Of a stretch of DNA of 42,222 nt, positions 31,888-39,879 are shown in pieces. The notes under the pieces were generated by a model. It was not told the DNA's origin. It made no database searches and saw only the letters and a program-made list of their open reading frames with translations. This DNA is from a virus, in IMG/VR virus record IMGVR_UViG_2728369266_000002, positions 1 to 42,222 of that record. One strand, written 5' to 3'. The first letter of the stretch is position 1, and each line of letters begins with the position of its first letter. A program made the translations under genes and the position numbers.

Positions 31888-32319
31888 CTACTTGGGGCCG
31901 AAGCCGCACTGGCCCCGGGGGTGCCCGGCGGTTCGCTCGCATCGGCCGACGCGCGTGCCGACCATGACCTGGGCGCCGCAGCGACGCGATGGGGCGGTGT
32001 GGGGAGACAAGGCCGCGCGCACGCCGTCGAGCCGCGCGTTCGCCCGGTCCAGGTTGTCGGCCAGCTCTCGGGTCAGCATCCGCTCCTCGGCCAGCTCCCG
32101 GGCCAGCTCGGCCTCGGGGCTGCCGTCGACCAGCTCCACCACCGCGATGCGGCCGGCGAGGCCCTTGGTCTCCACCGTGGCGCGCATCGCCTCGGCGAGG
32201 GCGGCGGGGTCGTCGAGGCGGCCGTCGTCGTCGAAGTCGAGCACCAGCAGGCCGCTGGAGGCGCCGGCGGCCTTCAGTAGGGTCTTGGCGGCCTCGACGG
32301 CCGCGGCGTAGTCGGTCAT
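31888..32319 (-). CDS. Hypothetical protein (143 aa)
   Basis: The composition is protein-like and the gene is tightly spaced in the early operon. Confidence 0.65.
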   Translation of the reverse strand: MTDYAAAVEAAKTLLKAAGASSGLLVLDFDDDGRLDDPAALAEAMRATVETKGLAGRIAVVELVDGSPEAELARELAEERMLTRELADNLDRANARLDGVRAALSPHTAPSRRCGAQVMVGTRVGRCERTAGHPRGQCGFGPK

Positions 32320-32320
32320 A

Positions 32321-32584
32321 TCAGTTCCCCTTCTTCGCTGCCAGGTAGTCGATGGCCTCCTTCATCCCGGGCTCATGTCCCAGGGCGGCGGCCACCTCCT
32401 TGCGGATGCGCTTGCCGCGCTTGGCCCAGGAGGTCGGCAGGGTCATCCCGGGCTCGCCCTGGGCGGCCTGGCGCTGCCATTCGGCGCGGACGGTCTCGGG
32501 CGGCATGTCGATGAGCAGGGCGACGGCTTCGTGGGAGAGCACCGGCTCCCCGTCGAGCAGCGTGTAGAGCGGCCGGTCGGTCAT
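32321..32584 (-). CDS. Hypothetical protein (87 aa)
   Basis: The composition is protein-like, with 1-nt spacing to its neighbours. Confidence 0.65.
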   Translation of the reverse strand: MTDRPLYTLLDGEPVLSHEAVALLIDMPPETVRAEWQRQAAQGEPGMTLPTSWAKRGKRIRKEVAAALGHEPGMKEAIDYLAAKKGN

Positions 32585-32585
32585 G

Positions 32586-33260
32586 TCAGTTCTCCTCGGT
32601 GGTGTCGGGCAGGTGCGGGCCGCGGCGCGCCTTGCGGCGGGCCTCGTCCTCGGTGAGGTCGCTGTGGAACAGCGGATTGCCGGCGGCCTTGTCGCCCCAG
32701 AACCGGCGGAAGGCGTGGCGCATCACGTCGGTGGTGTTGGCGATGAACTCCTCGCGCCACGGGCTGGCGGTGAACAGGGCCGGGATGCGGTCGGTGCTGA
32801 TCAACCAGTCGCCGGCGAAGGACCAGCGGCGTCCTCCTGCGTCCGGGCTGGCCTGCGGGTCGTCCACGCACAGCCACAGGTCCAGGTTGAGCAGGCCGCG
32901 CAGGCAGTCGTAGCCCAACCGGCCGTCGCCGCGCCGCTCGTCGGCCTCCCGCTGGGCGCGCAGGCCCTCCAGGTGGTCGCCGTCGGCCCAGGCGCACACC
33001 GCGGGCAGCGACATGCCCAGCTGCTCGCCGACCTCCGACAGCAGCAGGTAGCGGTCCTCGCCGCTGGCGAAGTACACCGGCGCCTTGCCGAACCCGGCCA
33101 GGTCCACCACGGTGCCGGCGACCGGCGTCAGCGGGGTGTGGGCGTGGAAGCGCTCCAGCGCCGCGACGGCGCGGGCGATCTGCTCCTCGGGCCCGTAGTC
33201 GAGCAGGTGGGGCTCGTGCTTGGTGACGATGGCGGTGGCCAGCTGGCCGAACTCGATCAT
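32586..33260 (-). CDS. Hypothetical protein (224 aa)
   Basis: The ATG at 33260 has GGAG upstream. The upstream part of listed ORF 32586..34397 is shadow frame. Confidence 0.7.
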   Translation of the reverse strand: MIEFGQLATAIVTKHEPHLLDYGPEEQIARAVAALERFHAHTPLTPVAGTVVDLAGFGKAPVYFASGEDRYLLLSEVGEQLGMSLPAVCAWADGDHLEGLRAQREADERRGDGRLGYDCLRGLLNLDLWLCVDDPQASPDAGGRRWSFAGDWLISTDRIPALFTASPWREEFIANTTDVMRHAFRRFWGDKAAGNPLFHSDLTEDEARRKARRGPHLPDTTEEN

Positions 33261-33289
33261 GGCTACTCCGTTCGGGTTGGACGTGAATT

Positions 33290-33640
33290 CGACTGGGGGT
33301 ACCGGGGGTACGTGCGTGCCCCCGGGCGCTCGCACGCGTCCCCGTTCCGGCGTTTCCGCAGGTGGGAATGGTCGAAGAATTGGATAGGTATAGGTATAGG
33401 TACTAATGGAGCCATTAAGGCGAACCGTGAAATGTGCCCCTGGGGTGTGTGCGCAGGCGGGGGGAGGTACCCGTGGTGCCCCTGGTGCCCCTGCTGGGGG
33501 TCGGTGGCCGTAGCTGCGCAGGTCGGCGGGCATCTCGTTGCGGGTACACGCGGGTACCCGTGGTGTACCCCTGGTACCCCCAGTCTCGGGACCGGGGGCA
33601 CCGGGGGACCACTGCGGGTACATGGCGTGTACCCGCAGTC
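33290..33640. repeat. Iteron-like block of tandem 6-10-mers with a GTAC core plus an AT-rich island (candidate origin or operator array)
   Basis: Tandem pairs: GGGGGTAC(C/G) x2 at 33295..33312, GGTGCCCCT x2 at 33476..33493, CGGGTAC(A/C)CG x2 at 33541..33560 and ACCGGGGG(C/A) x2 at 33591..33608. GGATA-GGTATA-GGTATA-GGTAC lies at 33382..33403. The palindrome TAATGGagCCATTA lies at 33404..33417. GTGTACCC lies at 33563..33570 and GGTACCCC at 33573..33580. Confidence 0.7.
33611..33639 (-). terminator. Hairpin 20 nt downstream of the primase gene stop
   Basis: ACTGCGGGTACA-tggcg-TGTACCCGCAGT, a perfect 12-bp stem. Confidence 0.6.
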
Positions 33641-33658
33641 GGTTCGGGCGGCGGGGGT

Positions 33659-36052
33659 TCACCGCTGCCCCTTGATGAGGTCGGGGTGGGGCATGAAGAC
33701 GGCCGTCTTGCGGCGCCGCCCGCGGCCGTCGTACTGGATGACGGAGGTGATCCAGCGGTCGCGGTAGAGCTTGACCAGGGCGGCGTCGCGGGCCTCGGAG
33801 CTGTACCAGGAGGCGTTGCGCAGCGAGGTCTTGAGGTCGCCGGCGGCGAATGTGTCGGGCTTGCGCTTGCGAATCCAGGCCAGGATGGGCTCGACGCCCG
33901 GCTCGATGTCGCGCCGCAGCCAGGCCTTGTACACGCGCTCGGCGTGGTTGATGGTCCACAGGCCGAAGGCGACGGCGTAGGTCATGGTGGCCGCGCTGAT
34001 GGGGCGGCCTTCGCCGTAGCCCTGCGCCAGGTGGAAGAGGCCGGCCAGCCGCAGCACCTTGCCGCAGAGCTTGGACGCCCAGTCGCGCATGTAGTTGAAC
34101 CGGCCGACGGTCTCCTCCAGGTTGGGCTCGATGTTGTCGAGCAGGTGCTGCAGGAGCTTGTCGGCGTCGGCGTCCAGGGTGAGGTAGGGGCGCTTGGGGC
34201 CGTGCGGGGTGTAGTTGAGGATGCCCTGGAGGGTCTGGCTCCACCATTCGAGCTGGTCTTGGGGCATGCGGGTGCGCCGGTTCTTGCGGTAGCCCAGCAT
34301 CGACTTGGGCAGGACGTAGAACCAGCGGCCGAGGAAGCCGCGTTCGCGGATGCCGGGGATCTTGGCGACGTCCATGATGACGTCGGGCTGCACGCACAGC
34401 CCCATGGCCAGCGCGGGGTTGTGCAGGATCACGGTGCCGCGTTCGACGCGGTCGAAGGGGATGTACTCCTCGTCGTATGCCTTCAGGTAGATCTCGAAGC
34501 TGGCGTTGCCGTCGCTGTAGCGGCCCTTAATGATGTTGAAGACGCCACCCTCGGCGGTCATGATCCCCAGCGCCTCGTCGTTCTCCTTCAGGCGCTGGGA
34601 GAGCGCTTCGGGCGTGGTGTCCTCGACGAGCAGGCGGGGCGGCGAGGCGTCCTTGGGGGGCAGCGCCTTGAGCTTGTCCTGGACGTCGGCCAGGTCGGAC
34701 TCCAGCGTCTGCTTGTCGCCGTTGCCCTTGCGCAGGTCCTCCTTGATGCGCTTCAGCTCCGGATCGAGCAGTTCACGCTCGGCGGCGGCCTCGTCCATCT
34801 TCGCCTGGTGCAACTCGGCCAGGCCCCGCTCGGCGAGCCGCAGCGGCCCGGCGGTGATGCGGATCAGGTCGGACTTGCGCTCACCGGGCGGCAGCCCGGC
34901 CGCCATCCACAGGATGAGGGGCTGCAGCCATCCGCCGCCGCCGTCGACCATGTGCCGCCCGACGGCGGCGACGGACAAGGCGGCGATGGCCATGCTCGCC
35001 ACCGCCTCGATCGGCACCTCCAGGTGCTCGGCGACGGCGCGGACGAACTCCGCCAGGCGGGGCGGCAGCGCCTGGTCGACGTCGAGCGGCTTGGGCTCGG
35101 CCTCGATGCCGCCGAGGGGTTCGGGCGGCTCGATGAACCGGGCCTGCCCGTCCTCGGGCGTCGGGTAGACGCCGGACAGGATCTCCTCGGCGCTGCACTC
35201 GGCGTCGCCGACCCAGGTGTCTTCGAAGGGGTCGCGCGGCGGCTCCTCGTCGGCGGGGGGCGGCTCGTCGGCGCGCGGGGGCGCCTGGTCGGCGTCGAGC
35301 GCGACGAAGTCGCCGGCGCCGTGCCCGGCGTTGAAGTGGTCGGTGGCGTCCTTGCCCGCGGCGGCCTGGACGATGCGAACGTGTGCGGCGACCCCGGCGA
35401 GGGTGCGGGCGACGTGTCGGGCGTGGTCGAGGCCGGGGTCGTCGCGGTCGGCGATGACCACGACGTCGGCGCCGCTCAGGTGCTCGGCGTATTCCTGGCG
35501 CCACTTCCCGGCGCCGCCGGGGTTGCACGTGGCCTCCAGGCCGTGCCGCTCCAGGGTGTTGCAGTCGCGTTCCCCCTCGGCGATGTAGACGGTCGTCCCG
35601 GCGCGGACCGCGGCGAGGATCTGGGGGAGCCGGTAGGGGACGCGGCGGGTGTCGCCGAGCCGCCAGGCCCACCCCGACTTCTTCGACCGGTCCGGGATGC
35701 GGCACGGGAACTGCTTGTCGGCGGTGCGCAGCACCTGGAACAGCAGCTCGCCGTTCTCGTCGAAGTAGTCGTAGACCGCGATGGCGTCGCCGCGCGGCGT
35801 CCACTCCCCGCCCCGGGGGCGCTCCTCGCGCGGCTTGCACAGCTCGGCCCAGGTCAGGCCGAGCGCGTCGAGGATGGCGTCGCGCTCGCACCCGGCATGG
35901 CAGTGGAAGACGACCGGGTGCTCCTTGCCCACCGACACCGACAGGCTCGGCTGGCGGTCGGGGTGCGCCGGGCAGCGGGCCATGTAGTACCCGGCCTGCT
36001 TGCGGATGCCCTCCAGCCGGGGCAGCACCACCTCGTACAGGACGTCGCTCAT
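33659..36052 (-). CDS. Bifunctional DNA primase (CHC2 zinc finger + TOPRIM) fused to a DUF3987-type helicase-like domain
   Basis: The zinc-finger motif is CPAHPDRQPSLSV...FHCHAGC and the TOPRIM motifs are YIAEGERD and VVIADRDDPG. A large C-terminal domain follows. The ATG at 36052 overlaps the helicase stop. Confidence 0.85.
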   Translation of the reverse strand: MSDVLYEVVLPRLEGIRKQAGYYMARCPAHPDRQPSLSVSVGKEHPVVFHCHAGCERDAILDALGLTWAELCKPREERPRGGEWTPRGDAIAVYDYFDENGELLFQVLRTADKQFPCRIPDRSKKSGWAWRLGDTRRVPYRLPQILAAVRAGTTVYIAEGERDCNTLERHGLEATCNPGGAGKWRQEYAEHLSGADVVVIADRDDPGLDHARHVARTLAGVAAHVRIVQAAAGKDATDHFNAGHGAGDFVALDADQAPPRADEPPPADEEPPRDPFEDTWVGDAECSAEEILSGVYPTPEDGQARFIEPPEPLGGIEAEPKPLDVDQALPPRLAEFVRAVAEHLEVPIEAVASMAIAALSVAAVGRHMVDGGGGWLQPLILWMAAGLPPGERKSDLIRITAGPLRLAERGLAELHQAKMDEAAAERELLDPELKRIKEDLRKGNGDKQTLESDLADVQDKLKALPPKDASPPRLLVEDTTPEALSQRLKENDEALGIMTAEGGVFNIIKGRYSDGNASFEIYLKAYDEEYIPFDRVERGTVILHNPALAMGLCVQPDVIMDVAKIPGIRERGFLGRWFYVLPKSMLGYRKNRRTRMPQDQLEWWSQTLQGILNYTPHGPKRPYLTLDADADKLLQHLLDNIEPNLEETVGRFNYMRDWASKLCGKVLRLAGLFHLAQGYGEGRPISAATMTYAVAFGLWTINHAERVYKAWLRRDIEPGVEPILAWIRKRKPDTFAAGDLKTSLRNASWYSSEARDAALVKLYRDRWITSVIQYDGRGRRRKTAVFMPHPDLIKGQR

Positions 36053-37635
36053 GCCGCCGCCCGCAGGCTGCGGATGATGCGGGCCGCGTTGTGCGCGCTC
36101 ATCAGGTCCGACGCCTGCCCGCAGGTCTGAACCTTCGGCAGCACTTCGGCGTAGCCCATCCGCTGCAGCGCCTGGAGCTGCGCCGGGGACGGCGGCCGCG
36201 CCCGCCACCGGGCATCGGCGCGCGACAGCACGCCGCCCTTGGCGCGGGCGACCTCCTCGCCGACCCCGCGCGCCCACTCCAGCGCCAGGCCCGGGGAAAC
36301 GATCTTGGGCCGGGCGGTGCGCGTGCACTCCCAGACGTTCCACAGGTCGCCGTCGGCGGGCATGAGCAGGATGGTGGTGTCGCGGCCGGCCGGGAGCATC
36401 CAGCAGTCCAGGACCGGCAGCCAGCGCAGGTCCGACGCCTTGAACAGGTCCACCGACTTCGCGCGCACCGCCGCCGCGACCGCCGGGGGCGCGGTGCCCT
36501 CGGCTACGGCCCGCTCGGCCGCCTCGGTCAGCTTCTCGCCCGGCTTCACCGCCTTGGGCGGCAGCCCGGCCAGGTCTGCGATGGTGGCCAGCCCGGCCGC
36601 CGAGGCGCCCGCCACGTCGAGCACCAGGGCGTCGTCCTTGCCCGGGTGCGGCCGCAGCGCACGCCCGACCATCTGCACGAACAGCGGCGCGGACTTCGTG
36701 GGCCGCGCCATCAGGACGCACGACACCGCGGGCTCGTCGAAGCCCTCGGTGAGGACGGCGCAGTTGGTGACCACCTGCACGTCGCCCTTGCGCAGCCGGG
36801 CCAGCACGTCGCGTCGCTGCTGGCGCGGCATGGCGCCGTCGATGTGGTCGGCCGTGATGCCCTGGGCGCGCAGCGCCTCGGTGAGCGCCTGCGAGGTCGC
36901 CACCGTCGGCGTGAACGCGATCCCGGGGCGTTCGGGCGCGAACCGCTTGTAGGAGACGGCGGCCGCGTCGATGGCGCCCGAGCGCTCCAGCTCGTCGCCG
37001 AGCTGCCCGTCGACGAAGTCGCCGGCGCGGGTGCGAACGTTGCCCAGGTCCATCTCGCTGCTGACGGCCAGCGCACGGACGTTGACCAGGTACTTCTCGG
37101 CGATCATCTGCAGGATGCCGCGCTGGTACACGATGTCCTGCCAGACGTGCCCCAGTCCCGCGCCGTCCGAGCGCCCCGCCGTCGCGGTGAACCCGGCGAC
37201 GAGCGGACCCCCGCGGTCCCGGAAGGCCCCGAACCGGTCGAGCACCGTCCGGTATGTGGAGGCCACCGCATGATGCGCCTCGTCGACCACGATGGTGCGG
37301 AAGTCGGCGTCGAGCCGTTCCAGTCGCGACGGCCGGACCAGGGTCTGGACCGAGGCGACGACCACCTGGGCGTCATGCTCGTCGTCTCCGGCCTTGACCA
37401 CCCCGACGCGCAGCTCGGGCGCGATCTGCCGGAGCTTGTCGGCGGCCTGCTGGATCAGCTCGTCGCGGTGCGCCAGGATCAGCGCGCGCCCCCCGCGGCG
37501 CTGCACCAGGTGCGCGAACGTCACGGTTTTTCCGGCGCCGGTCGGCATTACGCACAGCGGCCGCATGGTCCCGGCGGCGGCCGCCGCCTCGATGGCCGTG
37601 ATGGCCTCCTGCTGGTAGGGGCGGAGCGAGATCAT
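36049..37635 (-). CDS. SF2 DEAD/DEAH-box helicase
   Basis: Motif I is MPTGAGKT, motif II is VVDEAHH, followed by FTAT and QMVGRALR. Confidence 0.9.
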   Translation of the reverse strand: MISLRPYQQEAITAIEAAAAAGTMRPLCVMPTGAGKTVTFAHLVQRRGGRALILAHRDELIQQAADKLRQIAPELRVGVVKAGDDEHDAQVVVASVQTLVRPSRLERLDADFRTIVVDEAHHAVASTYRTVLDRFGAFRDRGGPLVAGFTATAGRSDGAGLGHVWQDIVYQRGILQMIAEKYLVNVRALAVSSEMDLGNVRTRAGDFVDGQLGDELERSGAIDAAAVSYKRFAPERPGIAFTPTVATSQALTEALRAQGITADHIDGAMPRQQRRDVLARLRKGDVQVVTNCAVLTEGFDEPAVSCVLMARPTKSAPLFVQMVGRALRPHPGKDDALVLDVAGASAAGLATIADLAGLPPKAVKPGEKLTEAAERAVAEGTAPPAVAAAVRAKSVDLFKASDLRWLPVLDCWMLPAGRDTTILLMPADGDLWNVWECTRTARPKIVSPGLALEWARGVGEEVARAKGGVLSRADARWRARPPSPAQLQALQRMGYAEVLPKVQTCGQASDLMSAHNAARIIRSLRAAA

Positions 37636-37751
37636 GCCGCCCCCCGTCGAAACTCCGAGATCCGAGCATGAGTTCGAACCCCGACGTGCAGTGCTGCCTT
37701 GCTCCCCATTCCGGGGACCCCCTGTCGGTCGTGCTGGTGAAGGTCGGAGGG

Positions 37752-37776
37752 GGCGGCGCGGAGCGGGCGCGCCGCC
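37752..37776 (-). terminator. Stem-loop GGCGGCGCG-N7-CGCGCCGCC downstream of the 37786 gene
   Basis: Perfect 9-bp stem in the 150-bp gap before the helicase gene. Confidence 0.45.
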
Positions 37777-37785
37777 CGGCGCGGG

Positions 37786-38121
37786 TCAGTCGGGGGCGGC
37801 CTCCTCCAGCTGCGGTGCCGGGGCGTATCCGGCGGCGCGGTACCCGGCGGCGGCCAGGACTCCGAGCACCACGGCGGCGGCGCCGCGGATGTCCTCGGCA
37901 CGTGCGTCGGGGTCGGCGACGGCGGCCAGCACGCAGGAGCCGACGGGCGTCCTGGCGGCGTCGGTGCGGCTGTAGACGACGCAGCGGGTCGGCGCCGAGG
38001 TGGGGAACGGAGGCCCGTGGATCGCCTGCACGGGAACCCCGTCCACGCGGCCGAGGTCGGCGACCAGGACGCGCTCGCCTCCGACGAGATCGGCCAGCTC
38101 GGTCCAGGGCACGGCTGTCAT
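37786..38121 (-). CDS. Hypothetical protein (111 aa)
   Basis: The ATG at 38121 overlaps the upstream stop (ATGA). Confidence 0.65.
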   Translation of the reverse strand: MTAVPWTELADLVGGERVLVADLGRVDGVPVQAIHGPPFPTSAPTRCVVYSRTDAARTPVGSCVLAAVADPDARAEDIRGAAAVVLGVLAAAGYRAAGYAPAPQLEEAAPD

Positions 38122-38480
38122 GAGGTCGCCTCCGCCGCGTCGACGAGCTTGCGCAGGGCGTCGGCGAGGGCGGACGCCTCGCCGAGGGTGAGCTTCAGTC
38201 CGGTGGAGGTCTGGTTCAGGCCGAGCCACACGCGGGGCTCACGCTCCAGCTCGTACTGCGACAGGGAGACGTCGAACGCCTGCGCCTCGACGTAGCGCTC
38301 ACCGGCGTAGGTGTCGCAGATGGGCGGCTCGGTGGTCGCGACGATCTCGAAGAAGTCGTGGCTCATGTGAAGGGCATCGGCGATGCTCTCGTCGCGCGCA
38401 TGGCCGCTGGAGCACCAGGTCGGACACGGGCGCGTCTGCCAGTACGGCCGCTCGTCCGCCTGGACGTCGGGGGCGCTCAT
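38118..38480 (-). CDS. Hypothetical protein (120 aa) with a CPTWC...H motif
   Basis: The ATG at 38480 overlaps the upstream stop (ATGA). The composition is protein-like. Confidence 0.7.
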   Translation of the reverse strand: MSAPDVQADERPYWQTRPCPTWCSSGHARDESIADALHMSHDFFEIVATTEPPICDTYAGERYVEAQAFDVSLSQYELEREPRVWLGLNQTSTGLKLTLGEASALADALRKLVDAAEATS

Positions 38481-38695
38481 CGGGTGCCCCCGGGGATGAG
38501 CAGGCCGACGAACGCGCGGGCCTGCCGCATCAGCTCGGCGCGGTCGAACTCCGGCCAGGTCGGGGCGGGCATCTCGGCCTGGATGCTCGCGCCGTCGTTG
38601 GTGAGGACGCCGACCATGCCGGGCGGCATCGTGTCGGCCGGGACCGCGAAGACGTCCGCGATACCGAGCTGGCCGACGAGGACGCGGGCGCTCAT
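38477..38695 (-). CDS. Hypothetical protein (72 aa)
   Basis: The gene is coupled to both neighbours by 4-nt overlaps. Confidence 0.6.
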   Translation of the reverse strand: MSARVLVGQLGIADVFAVPADTMPPGMVGVLTNDGASIQAEMPAPTWPEFDRAELMRQARAFVGLLIPGGTR

Positions 38696-38952
38696 CGGAC
38701 ACCGCCGTCCCGGTCGGCGCGCAGCTCGACCAGCTCGGCGCGGACCTTGGCCAACTCCTTCTCGGTGGTGCGCAGCTGCGCCCGCACCTTGGAGGCGTCG
38801 GCGAGGTCGATGAGGAGGAACACGAGGTTGAAGACGAGGACGATGGTGCCCACGATCAGGGCGGTCGCGCCGACGGCGGCGAGGATGACGAGGGTCGTCG
38901 ACGGTTCGCGGTCGAGACCGGACAGGTTGAGACTGGAAGCCAGGTGATACAT
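38692..38952 (-). CDS. Membrane protein with a C-terminal coiled coil (86 aa)
   Basis: The TM helix is LVILAAVGATALIVGTIVLVFNLVFLLI. The ATG at 38952 is preferred over 39003 because GC3 drops upstream. Confidence 0.6.
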   Translation of the reverse strand: MYHLASSLNLSGLDREPSTTLVILAAVGATALIVGTIVLVFNLVFLLIDLADASKVRAQLRTTEKELAKVRAELVELRADRDGGVR

Positions 38953-39128
38953 GGGAACCCCAAGAGGGTGTGCGAAGCCAGACCGCTGGCCCTGTGGAGC
39001 CATGGCCTGAAGTCAGATGTGAGGGTGGCGGTCGGGGCAGGGACCGCTGGGGACGTCGCCCGCTATGGGGCGGAGGCGTCTACGGAGATTCGCCGGACCC
39101 AAAGGCCGGGTCGATGACCTGCCAGCGC

Positions 39129-39437
39129 TCAGTCCGACAGCGACGCCGCGCGCTGGGCGTTCAGCCACGCGATCAGCTCGGACTTCCACGCGACGCGGCG
39201 GCCGCGCAGCTTCCAGATCGGCGGCGCGTCTTCGCCGCCCTTCAGGATCCAGTCCCTGACGGTCCCCTCGGGGCGACGCACCAGGTCGCAGATCTCCGGC
39301 ATGGACAGCAGGGCGTCGCCCTTGGTGCCCACCGCGAGCTGGGTTGCTCCAGCGGGGGCCTTGACCTGCGAGGATGTGATTCTGCGAGCGTTTGTTCGCC
39401 GATTCACATGGGGGTTGCTACCCTGAGACGCGGGCAT
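39129..39437 (-). CDS. Excisionase/AlpA-type HTH DNA-binding protein (Xis or Cro-like), first gene of the leftward early operon
   Basis: The ATG at 39437 is preceded by GGAGTGAAGC. The motif is LLSMPEICDLVRRPEGTVRDWI...WKLRGRRVAWKSELIAWL. Confidence 0.75.
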   Translation of the reverse strand: MPASQGSNPHVNRRTNARRITSSQVKAPAGATQLAVGTKGDALLSMPEICDLVRRPEGTVRDWILKGGEDAPPIWKLRGRRVAWKSELIAWLNAQRAASLSD

Positions 39438-39879
39438 GCTTCACTCCAAATTGCCTAGGAGCTGTCCACAGGGCCTCCGCGATGCCAGTCGCGGGGGCCC
39501 ATTTGCGTCTCGGGGGAGATCGCGAAGGGGCCCGACCTTCTCCTACGGGAGAAAGTGACCCATGGTGCTCGTGTGTCGAGACCAAGGTACCACCTGATCG
39601 CCAGCCGTGGAGCGCGGCGCGCATCGACCGACTACCGGCGACGCTCGATTCCGACTGACCCCACATAGCACAACATGTAGTGTCTGTCCTGCGGACAGAA
39701 CGGGACAGATTGAGCCAGACCGCCCTCTGGTCTTGCTGAGACCTGCCGACTGTTGCCGAGAAGTACCGCATAGCGTTGACATCGTTGGGCTAGCGTTGTC
39801 CAATCGATGTGCAGTCCGGCCGTACTGCCGTCCGGCATCAGCCCAGCTCACGGCCTTGCGACTGACGGAGTTGATACCA
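39438..39879. promoter_or_regulatory. Low-GC divergent switch region with operator-like repeats
   Basis: TCTGTCC-tgc-GGACAGA lies at 39683..39699, with a further GGACAGA at 39703..39709 and CTGTCC at 39462..39467. A near-palindrome CACAACATGTAGTG lies at 39669..39682. TAGCGTTG(A/T)C occurs at 39771..39780 and 39791..39800, and each copy starts with a TANNNT -10-like hexamer. TTGACA lies at 39776..39781. Confidence 0.55.

Noticed and set aside
33263-33612. ORFs 33263..33601 (-) and 33415..33612 (-) inside the iteron-like block.
   Set aside because: The products are Pro/Gly/His/Arg-rich translations of the repeat DNA. There is no RBS, and they overlap the AT-rich island and the terminator hairpin.
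33290-33640. A CRISPR array or minisatellite interpretation of the short tandem repeats.
   Set aside because: The repeat units are 6-10 bp, directly abutting and of several different sequences. There are no 25-40 bp repeats separated by unique spacers, and no cas genes are present.
37660-37685. GAGTTCGAACCC segment resembling a tRNA T-loop in the gap upstream of the helicase gene.
   Set aside because: It is only the 8-bp palindrome GTTCGAAC. The flanks cannot form a T stem or an acceptor stem on either strand.
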